DNA of 64,000 nucleotides, taken from contig CAVTTN010000002.1 in assembly GCA_963737655.1 (NCBI GenBank), positions 4,448,001-4,512,000 of the forward strand, written 5' to 3'. A model generated the notes under the pieces. The model was not told where the DNA came from. It ran no database searches and saw nothing but the letters and a program-made list of their open reading frames with translations. This document shows, piece by piece, positions 31,367-42,062 of the stretch. The first letter of the stretch is position 1. Each line of letters opens with the position of its first letter. This stretch comes from an uncultured Planctomycetota bacterium. GTDB taxonomy: Bacteria; Planctomycetota; Planctomycetia; Isosphaerales; Isosphaeraceae. The position numbers and the translations under genes were made by a program.

Positions 31367-31604
31367 GTTTCGATTCCTTCGCGACGGCGATTTCACCGGC
31401 CCCGACGCACGCTCTCGGCCCGTCGCCGAGGCCCCGAGGGCCGTCTTACCGAGGACCATTAGAGGCCCGCGAGCCGCCGACGGAAAGGAACGATCCTCCA
31501 GAAGACTTGCCTGATCCTCCACGGACGCGGGGAAGCTTCGCACGGAACCGGGTTTTCGCTAGTATGATCCTCTGGACGCCCCGACGAGGACGAAGGAAGG
31601 CCCC

Positions 31605-32509
31605 ATGACCGGACAGACCGACACGGCCCGGAAGCTCGCCGATCTCCTCGACGAGGTGGCGGTCCTCGAAGGCCCCAATCCCACGGCCGTGGAGGGGGTC
31701 CAGGTCCTGCGGACCTCCTCGCCCTCGATGCACCGCGTCCCGGTGATCTATCAGCCCAAGATCCTGATCGTGGGCCGAGGGCGGAAGCGGGTCTATCTCG
31801 GCGAGAAGGTCTACCAGTACGACCCGTTCAATTACCTCGTGATGTCCGTCCCCCTGCCGGCGGAATGCGAGTGGGAGGCGAGCCGGGAGGAACCCGTCCT
31901 GCTGGTCTCCATCGACGTCGAGCCGACCCTCCTGGGCGAGCTCCTCCTGGAGCTGGACGAGCCCCTGCCCCCGGTCGAGGCCACCCCGGTCGGCATGGGC
32001 ACGACCCCGATGAGCGAGGAGCTGGGCGGGGCGGTCTGCCGGCTCCTGGAATGCCTCCGCTGCCCCCTGGATAGCCGGATGCTCGGCCGGCAGATGGTCC
32101 GCGAGATCGTCTATCGCGTCCTCCGGGGGGAGCGAGGGGCTCGCTCCGGGCGCTGGCCCGCCGGGACGATCACTTCACCCGGATCGCCCGAGTCCTGAAG
32201 CACATCCACGCCGAGTACGCCAGGCCCCTGACCGTCGAGGAGCTGGCGAAAAAGGCCGGGATGAGCGTCTCGGCCTTCCACCACGAGTTCAAGCTCGTGA
32301 CGGCCAGCTCGCCCCTCCAGTACCTCAAGAGGGTCCGGCTCGACCACGCCAAGAGGCTGATGGCCCACCTCGGCTACAACGCGGGGACCGCCGCGAGGGC
32401 CGTCGGGTACGAGAGCCCGTCCCAGTTCAGCCGGGAATTCAAGCGACTCTTCGGCGCGACCCCGACCGAGGATGCCGAGCACACCCGGGCCCGCCTCGTC
32501 GCCGGCTAG
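31605..32509 (+). CDS. AraC-family regulator (YqhC-like); frameshift near 32136-32139
   Basis: AraC N-terminal domain (YQYDPFNYLV.SVPLP) and HTH (MSVSAFHHEFK...VGYESPSQFSREFKRLFG), joined by adding one G to a G run. Confidence 0.88.
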
Positions 32510-32526
32510 AACAGGAGTCTTCGAAG

Positions 32527-32599
32527 TGGAGACGACGGGGATCGAACCCGCAACCTTCGGCTTGCAAAACCGACGCTCTCCCAATTGAGCTACGTCCCC
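32527..32599 (-). tRNA. tRNA-Ala (anticodon UGC)
   Basis: GGGGACGTAGCTCAATTGGGAGAGCGTCGGTTTTGCAAGCCGAAGGTTGCGGGTTCGATCCCCGTCGTCTCCA; cloverleaf, G3:U70 identity pair. Confidence 0.97.
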
Positions 32600-32620
32600 T
32601 CGTACAAGGCCAGACCGATT

Positions 32621-33598
32621 CTAATGGCCCGGGGTTCGCGACGCCATCGGAATCATCGGCAGATCGGCCACGATCGCTCGGCCCTGGCGTCCTTCGGATT
32701 CCCAGTCCAGGACGGTTCCGGCCGTCGCCTGGGCGACCCGGACGATCGCCAGGCCGACCGCTTGACCGATTCTCGGGCCGATCGCCGAGGAGGAGACCGT
32801 TCCACAGGGCTTCCCTTCCGCCGAAAGTAAAGAGGCCCCAACCGGGGCGCCGTCCCCCTCGAACCGGAGGCCCTTGAGGATCTTGTTGACGTGCCCCAGC
32901 GCGTCGAGCCTCGCCACGGTCTCCTGACCGAGGTAGCAGCCCTTCACGAACGAGATGGCCCGGGAGTCCCGGCCGATCTCCTGGGGGAGGTTGTCGGGCG
33001 TGATGTCCCGGCCGAACTCGGGCGTGCCGGCCTCGATCCGAAGTCCGTCCCACCCCGAGGGTTCGAGCCAGGGCCCTCGGCCCGAGGCCCAGGCGCGGAC
33101 CGCCTCGACCCACGGGCCTTCCCGAGGGCCCACCAGAGTGATCCCCGCCATCCCGAGCGGCGATTCGGCGATCGCCCAGAGCCGCCCTTCGGCGACCTCT
33201 CGGGTCGTCGCGGACCGATCGCCCCCGGGTCGATCGACCCTCAAGGCGTCGCAAACCCCGGCCGAGGCCGGGCCCGCCAGATGGACCTCGGTCGTCCCGG
33301 CCGTCTGGTCGTCCCAGGCCACGTCGTCGAAAACACCATACTTGGCAAACAACGGCAGGACGGCCTCCAGGCCGCCCGGATCGGTCCGGAACAGGAGGGC
33401 GTCTCCGCCGTTGGCCACGGTGCCGAAGCCCTGGGCCTTGCCCTGAAGGTTCGTCACGAAGGTTTCGCACGCCTGGCCTTCGGGCAAGCGTTTGATCTCG
33501 TTGGTCGTGAGGTTGTGGAGGAACTTCGCCCGGTCCGGGCCGGTCAGGAACAGGCGGGGGGATCCGGATCGGTCGGCCAGGAAGGTCCGCTCGGGCAT
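32621..33598 (-). CDS. ygfZ: YgfZ/GcvT-family folate-binding protein
   Basis: GPDRAKFLHNLTTN, LRIEAG.P, SFVKGCYLGQETVAR signature. Confidence 0.9.
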   Translation of the reverse strand: MPERTFLADRSGSPRLFLTGPDRAKFLHNLTTNEIKRLPEGQACETFVTNLQGKAQGFGTVANGGDALLFRTDPGGLEAVLPLFAKYGVFDDVAWDDQTAGTTEVHLAGPASAGVCDALRVDRPGGDRSATTREVAEGRLWAIAESPLGMAGITLVGPREGPWVEAVRAWASGRGPWLEPSGWDGLRIEAGTPEFGRDITPDNLPQEIGRDSRAISFVKGCYLGQETVARLDALGHVNKILKGLRFEGDGAPVGASLLSAEGKPCGTVSSSAIGPRIGQAVGLAIVRVAQATAGTVLDWESEGRQGRAIVADLPMIPMASRTPGH

Positions 33599-34782
33599 CA
33601 GTCCTCCTCGGCCACGGAGGCCCGGGTGATCTCGGCTCGGCTGGCGAGGGTCCAGGAGGGGCTTTGCGAGGCCAGGCGGACGGCCTCCTCGGCTCGGGCC
33701 AGGGGGACCATCCCGAGGTCCTCGACCACGTCCTCGGGCAGGCCGCTGAACAGGTAGACGTCGGCCCAGGCCAGGGCCCGGGCGATCCGGGAGGCGGCGG
33801 GGAAGTCGGCCGAGCCTTCGGCGCCCTTCAGGGCTGTTGGAGCCGATCTCGGGTCGTCCAGGCCGACGAGACGGCCCATCGCGGGGCCTTCGAGCGTCTC
33901 CAGGGGACACAGCACGGCGATCTTGCCCCCTCGGCGGACCAGGGCGGAGGCCGTCGCCAGGGCCGCGGCAAGGTCGTCCGAAGTCGCTTTCTGTTCGGAA
34001 TTTCCGACGCCCACGACCACCAGGTCGGCTTGCCTCGGGACGTGGAACGTCCAGGATTCGGCGAACCGCTTCATCCCCTCGGCGCGGACCTCCGGTTCCA
34101 GCCCGGCGACGACGCCGGCCACGCCGGTCCGCCCGGCGATCGCCCCGATTTGGAACTGGCTGCCCAGGAGCCAGCAAACCTCGGTCGCCTCGCGGCCCAG
34201 GGGGGTCGGCCCGGCGCCCACTTCCGCCAGGGACGACCGCGAGTCCTTGAGGGTCGGGGCGTCGGCCAGTCCCGGAAAGACCGCCGCCCACGGGCCGGTC
34301 TCTCCCAGCGAGGGGTCGTCTCCGAGCCGCCCGACGGCCACGAGCAGATCGGCGTCCACGGCGCGACGATCGAGATAAATCCGTCGCCCGGCTTGCGTCG
34401 CGGCGAGATAGGCGAGGTTTTCCCGGTCGTCGGGATCGTGGACCGCCTGGCGGGCCCCGGCCGGGATCGCCGAATCGGCCAGGGGGGACGCGACGAGGAC
34501 CTGGACCGACTCCGCCCCGGCGCCGGTCAGCACCTCGACGATCGCCCGGAGGATCTCGGCGGCCTCGGGCACGTCGGGGCCGACGGCGATGGCCACGCGG
34601 TCTCCGGGGACCACGGCGAGCCTCAGGGCGGGGAAGCCGATCGGCGTTTCCAGGCTGTCGAGCACCTGGCGGCGGACCTCGTCGCCGACCCGGCCGATCG
34701 GCCCGTGCCATTCGGCCACGAGCCGGGCCGGGTCGTCGGGGAAGGCCAATCGTTCTCGACCGAATTCGACCGTCGGCGGCAT
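33598..34782 (-). CDS. Lactate racemase N-terminal (LarA/DUF2088) domain protein
   Basis: LETPIGFPAL...VPGDRVAI, HDPDD...LAYL..T..G..IYL.R....ADL. Confidence 0.75.
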   Translation of the reverse strand: MPPTVEFGRERLAFPDDPARLVAEWHGPIGRVGDEVRRQVLDSLETPIGFPALRLAVVPGDRVAIAVGPDVPEAAEILRAIVEVLTGAGAESVQVLVASPLADSAIPAGARQAVHDPDDRENLAYLAATQAGRRIYLDRRAVDADLLVAVGRLGDDPSLGETGPWAAVFPGLADAPTLKDSRSSLAEVGAGPTPLGREATEVCWLLGSQFQIGAIAGRTGVAGVVAGLEPEVRAEGMKRFAESWTFHVPRQADLVVVGVGNSEQKATSDDLAAALATASALVRRGGKIAVLCPLETLEGPAMGRLVGLDDPRSAPTALKGAEGSADFPAASRIARALAWADVYLFSGLPEDVVEDLGMVPLARAEEAVRLASQSPSWTLASRAEITRASVAEED

Positions 34783-35052
34783 CTCTCGACCCTGGTTGAA
34801 CTTTCGGCGGATGGGGGACGGGCGCGCCGGGGATCGCCCCTGGCGACGAGCCGACGCCTCCGTCATGATAGGAGGGCCGACCCGACCCGGGCAAGCGCGG
34901 CGGCGATCCCCCCGGCTCTCGGCCGTTTTTTCGGGCGATCGCGCCCGGATCGCGATAGGATGGGGGCAGGCGCGGGGGCCGTCGGACGCCTCCCGCTTCA
35001 TTTCGGGAACTCCTGGAGGGCGCTCGGCGTCCAAGAGGCCGTGATCACCCGG

Positions 35053-35646
35053 ATGGAAGACGACCTCGGCCTCGTCTCGGCATGCCGGGCGGGCGAGCTG
35101 GAAGCCTTCGGAGCCCTGGTCCATCGGTACCAGGACCGGCTCTATCCGACGTTGTTCCGCCTGACCGGCTGCGCGGAGGACGCCCGGGACCTCCTCCAGG
35201 ACACGTTCCTCCGGGCCTTCGAGAAGCTCGATCGCTTCCACGGAGACAGCTCGTTTTATACCTGGATCTACCGGATCGCGGTGAACCTGACGCTCAGCGA
35301 CCGGAGGAGGCGGAAGGCGAGCCACCGCCGGTGCGCCCCCCTGGACGTCCCGGGCGGGGAGCCGGCCGACGACTCGCCCAATTCCGACCCGAGCCGGCCG
35401 ATCGAGCAGGCCGAGCGGGACGTCTTGATCCAGAAAGCGCTAGATACCCTCCAGGGCGACCATCGGGCGGTCGTGGTCCTGAAGGACCTGGAGGGGATGT
35501 CTTACGAGGAGATCGCCGAGGTCCTGCACATCCCGGTCGGCACGGTCCGCAGCCGTCTCCACCGGGCCCGGAACGAGCTCCGCGAGCGGCTTCGGGGCGT
35601 CCTGGCCGACGAATCGCGGCCGGTCGGCTCCCTCGACCATCATTGA
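35053..35646 (+). CDS. ECF RNA polymerase sigma-70 factor
   Basis: AFGALVHRYQ, DARDLLQDTF, FYTWIYRIAVN, SYEEIAEVLHIPVGTVRSRLHRAR. Confidence 0.96.
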   Translation: MEDDLGLVSACRAGELEAFGALVHRYQDRLYPTLFRLTGCAEDARDLLQDTFLRAFEKLDRFHGDSSFYTWIYRIAVNLTLSDRRRRKASHRRCAPLDVPGGEPADDSPNSDPSRPIEQAERDVLIQKALDTLQGDHRAVVVLKDLEGMSYEEIAEVLHIPVGTVRSRLHRARNELRERLRGVLADESRPVGSLDHH

Positions 35647-35740
35647 CCCAGGATTTTGCGGATACCTCTCTCGCTCGGAGGGATCGAGCGGGCCGACCGA
35701 TCGGATCGGATGGCGAACCGAAGGCCCTCGAGCCGCCGAA

Positions 35741-36745
35741 ATGACCATGAATCCTCACGAAGACCCGCTGCTGACCGATGCCCTCGAAGGCGACCTCTCG
35801 CCGATCGCTCGCCTCCGCCTGGATCAGGCCCTGGCGACCGACCCGGAGCTCGCCGCCCATCTGGCGGACCTGGCCCGGGTCCGCGACCTGGTGGCCGCCC
35901 TGCCCCGCCCGACGGCGCCCGAGGAGACCGCCTCGATCGTCCTCGCCCGGCTGTCGATCGCGGCGAGGCGGCGATCGCTCCGGAGGTCGAGCCTGGCCGT
36001 GCTCTCGGCGGCGGCCGGGCTGGCGGCGTCGGCGTTGCTGGCCGTCTCCCTCGGCCTCCTGAACTCGCCGAAGCCGCCTCGGGCCGAGCCTCCGCCGCGA
36101 GAGGTCGTGGCCGTCCGCCGTCCGCCGGCACCCCCGGCCCCCAGGCCGTCGCTGGCCCTGGCCCCGAGCCGCCCCGTCTTGGTCCTGCCGAGCGTGGACG
36201 AGGCGGTGAAGCGCGAGGTCGTGGCGGCCGAGGAGAAGCAAGCGGCCGACGCCCGGGGGCTCCGCGACCTCCTGGCCTCTCACGAGGCCCGGCGGATCGA
36301 CGTCGCCGAGAATACCCCCCTGCCCGAGATCCTCCGCCGGGTCGAGGCCGTGATCGAGAACTCCAACCGGACCCATCCCGAACACGCCCGCGTCCGGATC
36401 GCTCGAACGCGAGGAAGCCGTCGCGGGCCGAGGGCGTCGGTGGTCTACGCCCTCTTGATGGACGACGTCGAGCACGAGCACTTCCTCAAGACGCTCGAAG
36501 AGGAATTCCCCGACGGGATCGACGACTCGGCCGGGGCGCCGACCCCCGCGTTCCTGGCCCGCGTCCGCGAAGCCGCGGGGATCGAGATGCTCTCGGGCCT
36601 GGCCCGATCGAGCCTCCTGAAGGAGCCGCCCGACGGCCTGCCGGCGCCCGACGCGGCGATCCGCCACGCCGCGCCCGCCCCGGGCGTCGAGCGTGTGGCG
36701 ATCGCCGGCCCCGGGGGCTCCGGCCCTCGGACCGATCGGGCCTGA
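35741..36745 (+). CDS. Putative membrane-anchored anti-sigma factor
   Basis: Directly after the ECF sigma; N-terminal LL...LEGDLS domain, single TM segment, Pro-rich linker. Confidence 0.75.
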   Translation: MTMNPHEDPLLTDALEGDLSPIARLRLDQALATDPELAAHLADLARVRDLVAALPRPTAPEETASIVLARLSIAARRRSLRRSSLAVLSAAAGLAASALLAVSLGLLNSPKPPRAEPPPREVVAVRRPPAPPAPRPSLALAPSRPVLVLPSVDEAVKREVVAAEEKQAADARGLRDLLASHEARRIDVAENTPLPEILRRVEAVIENSNRTHPEHARVRIARTRGSRRGPRASVVYALLMDDVEHEHFLKTLEEEFPDGIDDSAGAPTPAFLARVREAAGIEMLSGLARSSLLKEPPDGLPAPDAAIRHAAPAPGVERVAIAGPGGSGPRTDRA

Positions 36746-36911
36746 CCGGCCAGCCGCGGACCCCGCCCCGGGCCGAGGGTTCCCCCGGCTTCGTCGGCCC
36801 TCCGCGATCGGCGCTCGCCGCCGGCACCGGCCGGGCCGAAACCCAGGTCGTCTACCTGATTTGCGTCTCGTCGCGGTCGCCGGCCGGTCGATGAATCGAG
36901 GGGAGCATTCG

Positions 36912-37730
36912 ATGAACCTCGAGCCCATGTCTCCCGCAACCGATCCGCCGGCCTCGGGCCCTCGCGGGGGTCGGCTGATCGCCGCCCTGGTGGCCTCGGG
37001 CCTGGTGGCGGTGGGCGGCCTGATGCTGATCCAGGCCGTCGGCGCGGCCCGGGACGCTGCCCGCCGCTCCCAGGTCACGTGAAACCTGAAGCAGATGACG
37101 CTGGCCGTCCACAACTATCATTCGGCGAATGATTGCTTGCCGGCCGCCTATCTGCCCGACCGGTTCGGTCGGCCGAACGACTCCTGGAGGATGGCGATCC
37201 TTCCTTTTTTGGAGGGGACGACTCTTTACAACAACGTCAACTTCAACGTCTCCTGGGACGCCTCGGAGAACGGGACGGTCCGCTCGACCCGGGTATCGAC
37301 ATTCCTCCGCCCCGAGGACCCGAAGGACGGCCCTCCGATCGCGAAGTTCCTCGCGGTGGTCGGCCCGACGACGGCGTTCCCCGGCCCGGTGAACCTGAGG
37401 TTCGACGACCTCCGCGACGGGATGGCCCACACCCTGATGTTCGGCGAGGTGGCCGAGTCGGACATCGGCTGGGCCGAACCCCGCGACCTGGCGTTCTCCC
37501 GGATGCATTTCCAGATCAATCGCCGACCCCGGAAGCTCGGCTTCGGCAGCCCGTATGGAGGGGCGAGGCTGGCGATGATGGACGGCTCGGTGGTCTCGTT
37601 CACCGAGGCGGCGTCGCCGGCCCTGATTCGGGCCCTGGTCACGGCCACCGGCGGCGAGACCATCGCGGCAGGAGGCGTGCCCGAGCACTCGGGGCCGAAC
37701 TGGAGGGTCGTCGAGGACGGCCCGCCCTGA
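36912..37730 (+). pseudogene. DUF1559 family protein interrupted by an in-frame TGA at 37080-37082
   Basis: AARDAARRSQVT*NLKQMTLAVHNYH...SWRMAILPFLE...WAEPRDL...MMDGSV, all in one frame. Confidence 0.8.
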
Positions 37731-37750
37731 GTCGGGGCCTTTCCCGCATC

Positions 37751-38161
37751 CTACGAGACGTCCTCCATCGCCCGGCTGAGGGCCAGGCGGAGGGAATCGG
37801 CCGAGTAGGGCTTGGGCAAGAAGTGGCGGACTCCGGCGACGGCGAGGCGTTGCCTCATCTCCTCGGTCAAGGCGGCCGAGCAGGCGACGATGGGCAGAGT
37901 CGGGCGGTCTCGGACGACCCTCCGGGCGACCTCCACGCCGTCGAGGATCGGCAACATGATGTCCAGGAGGATCACGCTGACCGAGCCGTCGTCGGCCTGG
38001 ACGCGGTCCAGGGCGGCCTCGCCGTCGGGCGCCTCGACGATGGCGAAACCCCAGGTCTTGAGGATGCGGACGACCACCCGGCGGAGCAGGAGGTCATCCT
38101 CGACCACCAGGACGCATCCGGGCTCCCCGTCGTCCTCGCCATCGGGAGTCGCTCGCGTCAT
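37751..38161 (-). CDS. Single-domain response regulator (CheY-like)
   Basis: VLVVEDD...LLDIMLP..DG...FLPKPY. Confidence 0.9.
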   Translation of the reverse strand: MTRATPDGEDDGEPGCVLVVEDDLLLRRVVVRILKTWGFAIVEAPDGEAALDRVQADDGSVSVILLDIMLPILDGVEVARRVVRDRPTLPIVACSAALTEEMRQRLAVAGVRHFLPKPYSADSLRLALSRAMEDVS

Positions 38162-38319
38162 GGTGCCGATCCCAGGTCGTTCCCGGATGCCTACGGCCAT
38201 CCTCGCGCCTCCCGTCGTCGGACCGGCCGCTCTCAGGCGGACGGATTCAGGGACTATCATGACGGCGAGCATGACGAGCCGCAAGCCTTTCTGGTCGCCA
38301 TCGTGCGGCTTCGTTGCGT

Positions 38320-39837
38320 TCAGGCCGCGATCACCCGGACGCGGAACCCCAGGCCGGCCCCCAGGGCCGCCATCTCGCCGAGGATGTCGCCGTAGCTCAC
38401 GGCGATGTGATTGCTCATGTAATGGGCCATGATCGTCTCGGGGGCGCATCCCAGGTCGGCCGCCATGAACGGCCACTGACGGGTCGTCCCCCGCCACCAT
38501 GCCTCTCGGACCGTCTCGGGAAGCTCGACCGACTCCCCCCGCCCCAGGTCGAGCACCAAATCGCCCGATCGGTCGATCCAGGCCCGGCTCCAGGTGATCG
38601 GGCCGGGGAGGCTGACCCCGGCGAACGTCCCCCCGGGGATCGGGAAGTATCCGGAGGGTTGCCGGTAGCTGTGGACCCCCGAAAGGCTCGACGGGTCGTG
38701 ATTGAAGGCGAAGGCCGAGCAGCTCCCGGAGTTCAAGAGGACCCAGAGCCACCGGCCCTCGTGCCGGCTCCCCCAGCGGACGTCGTGGAACATCACGGCG
38801 TCGGGCAGCCCCCTGGCCTTCAGGACTCGCTTCATGAGCTCCATCGGCACGAGGTTCCCCTGGTCGGCCTCGGTCGCCGTGATCAGGGGGCGGCCGTCCC
38901 CCTCGGGCCGGGCGTGCGAGTTCAGCAAGCCCTCTGAAAAATCGCTCGGCGGGAGGATTTTCAGGAGGCCGAGCTGATACTGCCAGCCCAGGCAGTCGGC
39001 GCCGAACTCCTCGACCAGGTCCAGGACCGCGAGATAGGACCGGAGCTGGTCCCTCGTGGCGTCCTCCGTGAAGTCCTCGGCGTCGGGTTCGGACCAGTGG
39101 AACTGGACCCCGCGATCCTTCACGAACCGGAACGCGTCCTCGATCCGGTCCGGGTCGATCGTCCGGGCGCGGTCGATCAGCCAGGCCTGATCGACCTTGT
39201 GCTCGCTGAAACCGATTTTGGCCAGCAGCCTCGGCCCGAAATAGCCGTTGATCATGCCCATCGACGTATCGCCGAGCATCAAGGCGAGGATTCGCCTCTT
39301 GCGGATGTCCGCGAGGACGCCATCGGCCGTGGCGATGGCCTCGGCCGAGATCGGCCCGGCGCCTCGGATCTCCTTTTCGGAATAGGAGATCCGCCCGGTC
39401 GAGCACCACTCGTCCAGGCGTTCCATCAACGCCGGGTCGGCCGTCCAGTCGTCGGCGTCGGACCAGATCCGCGAGGAGGGCCGACCGACGCTCTCCAGGG
39501 ACGCCGCCGTATTCAGCAAGGCGACCAGGCCGGGCCACGTCCCCGAGAAGTTCGAGGCCAGGAGGAGGGGGCTCTCCTTGCCCACGGTCCCCTCGACCGT
39601 GTGAGGGGCATAGGCCCAGTGGACGAACAGCCCGACGATCGGGTCGTCGACGGGCCCGAGCTTGTCGATGGATTCCCTCGGGCTCGTCACGTAATGGCCG
39701 ACGGTATATGGCTTTCGGCCGAGCTTCTCCAGGGCGGCGAAGAGGTTCGCGAGGGCCTCCCGCGATTGGGGCCGGGCCCACTCATTGGGGGTCGAGCGAT
39801 AATCCCCCGGGACGAAGACGGCGACCTTGCGCGACAT
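38320..39837 (-). CDS. L-fucose/L-arabinose isomerase-like protein
   Basis: LASNFSGTWPGLVALLN, CLGWQYQLG, TEADQG, HDVRWG, MSNHIAVSYG. Confidence 0.75.
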   Translation of the reverse strand: MSRKVAVFVPGDYRSTPNEWARPQSREALANLFAALEKLGRKPYTVGHYVTSPRESIDKLGPVDDPIVGLFVHWAYAPHTVEGTVGKESPLLLASNFSGTWPGLVALLNTAASLESVGRPSSRIWSDADDWTADPALMERLDEWCSTGRISYSEKEIRGAGPISAEAIATADGVLADIRKRRILALMLGDTSMGMINGYFGPRLLAKIGFSEHKVDQAWLIDRARTIDPDRIEDAFRFVKDRGVQFHWSEPDAEDFTEDATRDQLRSYLAVLDLVEEFGADCLGWQYQLGLLKILPPSDFSEGLLNSHARPEGDGRPLITATEADQGNLVPMELMKRVLKARGLPDAVMFHDVRWGSRHEGRWLWVLLNSGSCSAFAFNHDPSSLSGVHSYRQPSGYFPIPGGTFAGVSLPGPITWSRAWIDRSGDLVLDLGRGESVELPETVREAWWRGTTRQWPFMAADLGCAPETIMAHYMSNHIAVSYGDILGEMAALGAGLGFRVRVIAA

Positions 39838-39969
39838 GTGCGGACCCCGCGATTCGAGCCGAAGACCGGGCGCCCCGGCCTCGGTGAACGATGGCGGGAG
39901 CCTCCGGGGCAGTGTATAGTGCCGGCCCGGTCCAATCCATCCATCACCGACCTTTCCCGGTGGGCAGCC

Positions 39970-41409
39970 ATGTACGACCTCGTGGTTCTGGGCGGCGGCG
40001 CGGGGGGCCTGAACGTGGCCTCCGCCGCCGCGAGGGTGGGCGCGAAGGTCGCCCTGATCGAAAAGGGGAAGCTGGGGGGCGAATGCACCCACACCGCCTG
40101 CGTCCCGAGCAAGACCTTGCTCAAAGCGGCCCGGATCGCCCACGATGCCCGGCGAGCCTTTACGTTCGGGGTGAGCGTCAAGGACGTCCACATCGACTTC
40201 CAGGCCGTCATGAACCGCGTAAGGGCCGCCGTCGCGAGCTTCTACGCCGCGGATACCCAGGAGAGGCTCCAGTCCAAGGGGATCGACGTCCTGTTCGGCT
40301 CCCCGGCGTTCGAGGCGTATGACACGGTCGTGGTCGATGGCCGGGAGCGGGTCTCGGGCTCGAAATTCGTGATCGCCACCGGCTCCCGGCCCGAGATTCC
40401 GGAGGTCCCGGGGCTGATCGGATCGGGGTTCCTGGATAACACGACCGTCTGGGACCTGGACGAGCTCCCCGAATCGCTCCTGATCCTGGGTGCCGGGCCG
40501 GTCGGGCTGGAGTTCGGCCAGGCGTTCGCCCGGCTGGGGTCCAAGGTCACGATCCTCGACCATTCGCCGACGGTCCTGGGCCGCGAGGAGCCCGAGGCGG
40601 CCCAATGCCTCCGCGGCTCGCTCGCCGACGAGGGGATCGCGTTCCTCGTCGGGGTCGAGCCGACGGGCGTCGATCGCCAGGGCGGCCGGTTCGTCGTCAA
40701 GTACCGTGCGAAGGATGGCTCGTCGCCCGAAGTCTCGGCCTCTCATCTGCTTGTGGCCACCGGTCGGAGGGCGAACGTGGAGGGACTCAACCTCCCTGCG
40801 GCGGGCCTCCACGGCGACCCTCTCCGCGGAATCCCGGTGGATGAGTACCTCCAGACCGGGACCCGGAACATCTATGCCATCGGCGACGTCAACGGGCTCG
40901 ACCCCTGGACCCACGCGGCCGAGCGGCAGGCGTCGGTGGTGTTCCAGAACGCGGTCCTGAAGCTCTCGAAGAAGTACGACCGCTCGGCCGTCCCCCGGAC
41001 GATCTTCACTGACCCCGAGTTCGCCGCCGTGGGGCTGACCGAGGCCCAGGCCCTCCGCCTCGACCCGGAGGCCAGATCGTTCTCGCTCGACGTGGCCGAC
41101 GTCGATCGGATCCGGATCGACGGCGACCCGGGCGGGCTGGCGAAAGTGGTGGTCTCGCCGTCGGGCAAGGTCCTGGGCGCCTCGATCGTCGGGCCCGAGG
41201 CGAGCCTGGTCCTCCAGCAATTCACCCTGGCCATCGACCACGGGATCTCCCTGGGAGATCTCGCCCAGGTGATCCAGCCCTATCCGACCGCCGCCGGCCT
41301 CGTCCGCTCCCTGGCCAACAAGTTCCAGGCCACCCGGTTGGAGAAAGGGTTCGTCAAGACGGCCCTGAAGTGGTTCTACGGCTTCGAGCCGGCCGGGGCC
41401 CGGGGCTAG
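39970..41409 (+). CDS. Pyridine nucleotide-disulfide oxidoreductase (dihydrolipoamide dehydrogenase / mercuric reductase-like)
   Basis: YDLVVLGGGAGG, GGECTHTACVPSK, IATGS, GAGPVGLE, IYAIGD. Confidence 0.92.
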   Translation: MYDLVVLGGGAGGLNVASAAARVGAKVALIEKGKLGGECTHTACVPSKTLLKAARIAHDARRAFTFGVSVKDVHIDFQAVMNRVRAAVASFYAADTQERLQSKGIDVLFGSPAFEAYDTVVVDGRERVSGSKFVIATGSRPEIPEVPGLIGSGFLDNTTVWDLDELPESLLILGAGPVGLEFGQAFARLGSKVTILDHSPTVLGREEPEAAQCLRGSLADEGIAFLVGVEPTGVDRQGGRFVVKYRAKDGSSPEVSASHLLVATGRRANVEGLNLPAAGLHGDPLRGIPVDEYLQTGTRNIYAIGDVNGLDPWTHAAERQASVVFQNAVLKLSKKYDRSAVPRTIFTDPEFAAVGLTEAQALRLDPEARSFSLDVADVDRIRIDGDPGGLAKVVVSPSGKVLGASIVGPEASLVLQQFTLAIDHGISLGDLAQVIQPYPTAAGLVRSLANKFQATRLEKGFVKTALKWFYGFEPAGARG

Positions 41410-41426
41410 GGCGGGTTTCGAGGGTC

Positions 41427-41511
41427 GGGTGGCATGCTTACGTCTTCGTAAGCATGTCTTCCGTGCGAGCCTGACCGAAGACATGCTTACGAAGACGTAA
41501 GCATGCCACCC
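41427..41511. repeat. GTGG-type REP doublet, family A
   Basis: gggtggcatgcttacgtcttcgtaagcatgtcttc, spacer, then reverse complement; lies between convergent genes. Confidence 0.9.
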
Positions 41512-41519
41512 AACAGGGT

Positions 41520-41921
41520 TTACCGGGGTCGCGCCTTCCGCTCGACCCGCTTGCGGAACCGATCGACGTCGATGACCCTCCGGCGGTGGATGCCCCGGGC
41601 GACGACCTCCGTGCCGTCGTGGGCCTCGACCTGGAACGTCACCACGGGGCCGTCGGAGTGGATCACCCGGGCCTTGCAGACGACGGTGAACCCCTCGGGG
41701 ACCGGCGCCTTGTGCTCGACCTCGACGAACGTGCCGACGCTCCTCTCGTGAGGCTCCAGGCACGGCGCCAGGGCGGCCCTCGCGGCGTATTCCAGGTGGG
41801 CGACGAGCCACGGAGTCGAAAGGACGGCCGGCATCCGGTCGTCGGCGAAGACGATCGTGTTGCCGGGCCCGACGACGATGCGTTCCTCGGCCGTCATCCC
41901 GAGCTTCGGGGGGGTCTTCAC
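41520..41921 (-). CDS. Hot-dog thioesterase (FlK-like)
   Basis: VLSTPWLVAHLEYAA...SVGT.VEVEHKAP...G.H.R. Confidence 0.88.
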   Translation of the reverse strand: MKTPPKLGMTAEERIVVGPGNTIVFADDRMPAVLSTPWLVAHLEYAARAALAPCLEPHERSVGTFVEVEHKAPVPEGFTVVCKARVIHSDGPVVTFQVEAHDGTEVVARGIHRRRVIDVDRFRKRVERKARPR

Positions 41922-42062
41922 GAGAACGGCTCCAGGTCGGGAGAGAACCGCCGGGGAGTCCTTGACCCGGCCGGTCGGGAAACCGATAATGATTCTTGTT
42001 TCGGCCCCGGAAGCGGGTCAACCGTCGCGAAAAGCGGCCTCACCCTCGGCGGACGCGAACTC

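Noticed and set aside
39970..41409. merA (mercuric reductase) call
   Set aside because: No C-terminal Cys-Cys pair, no N-terminal metal-binding domain and no mer operon context
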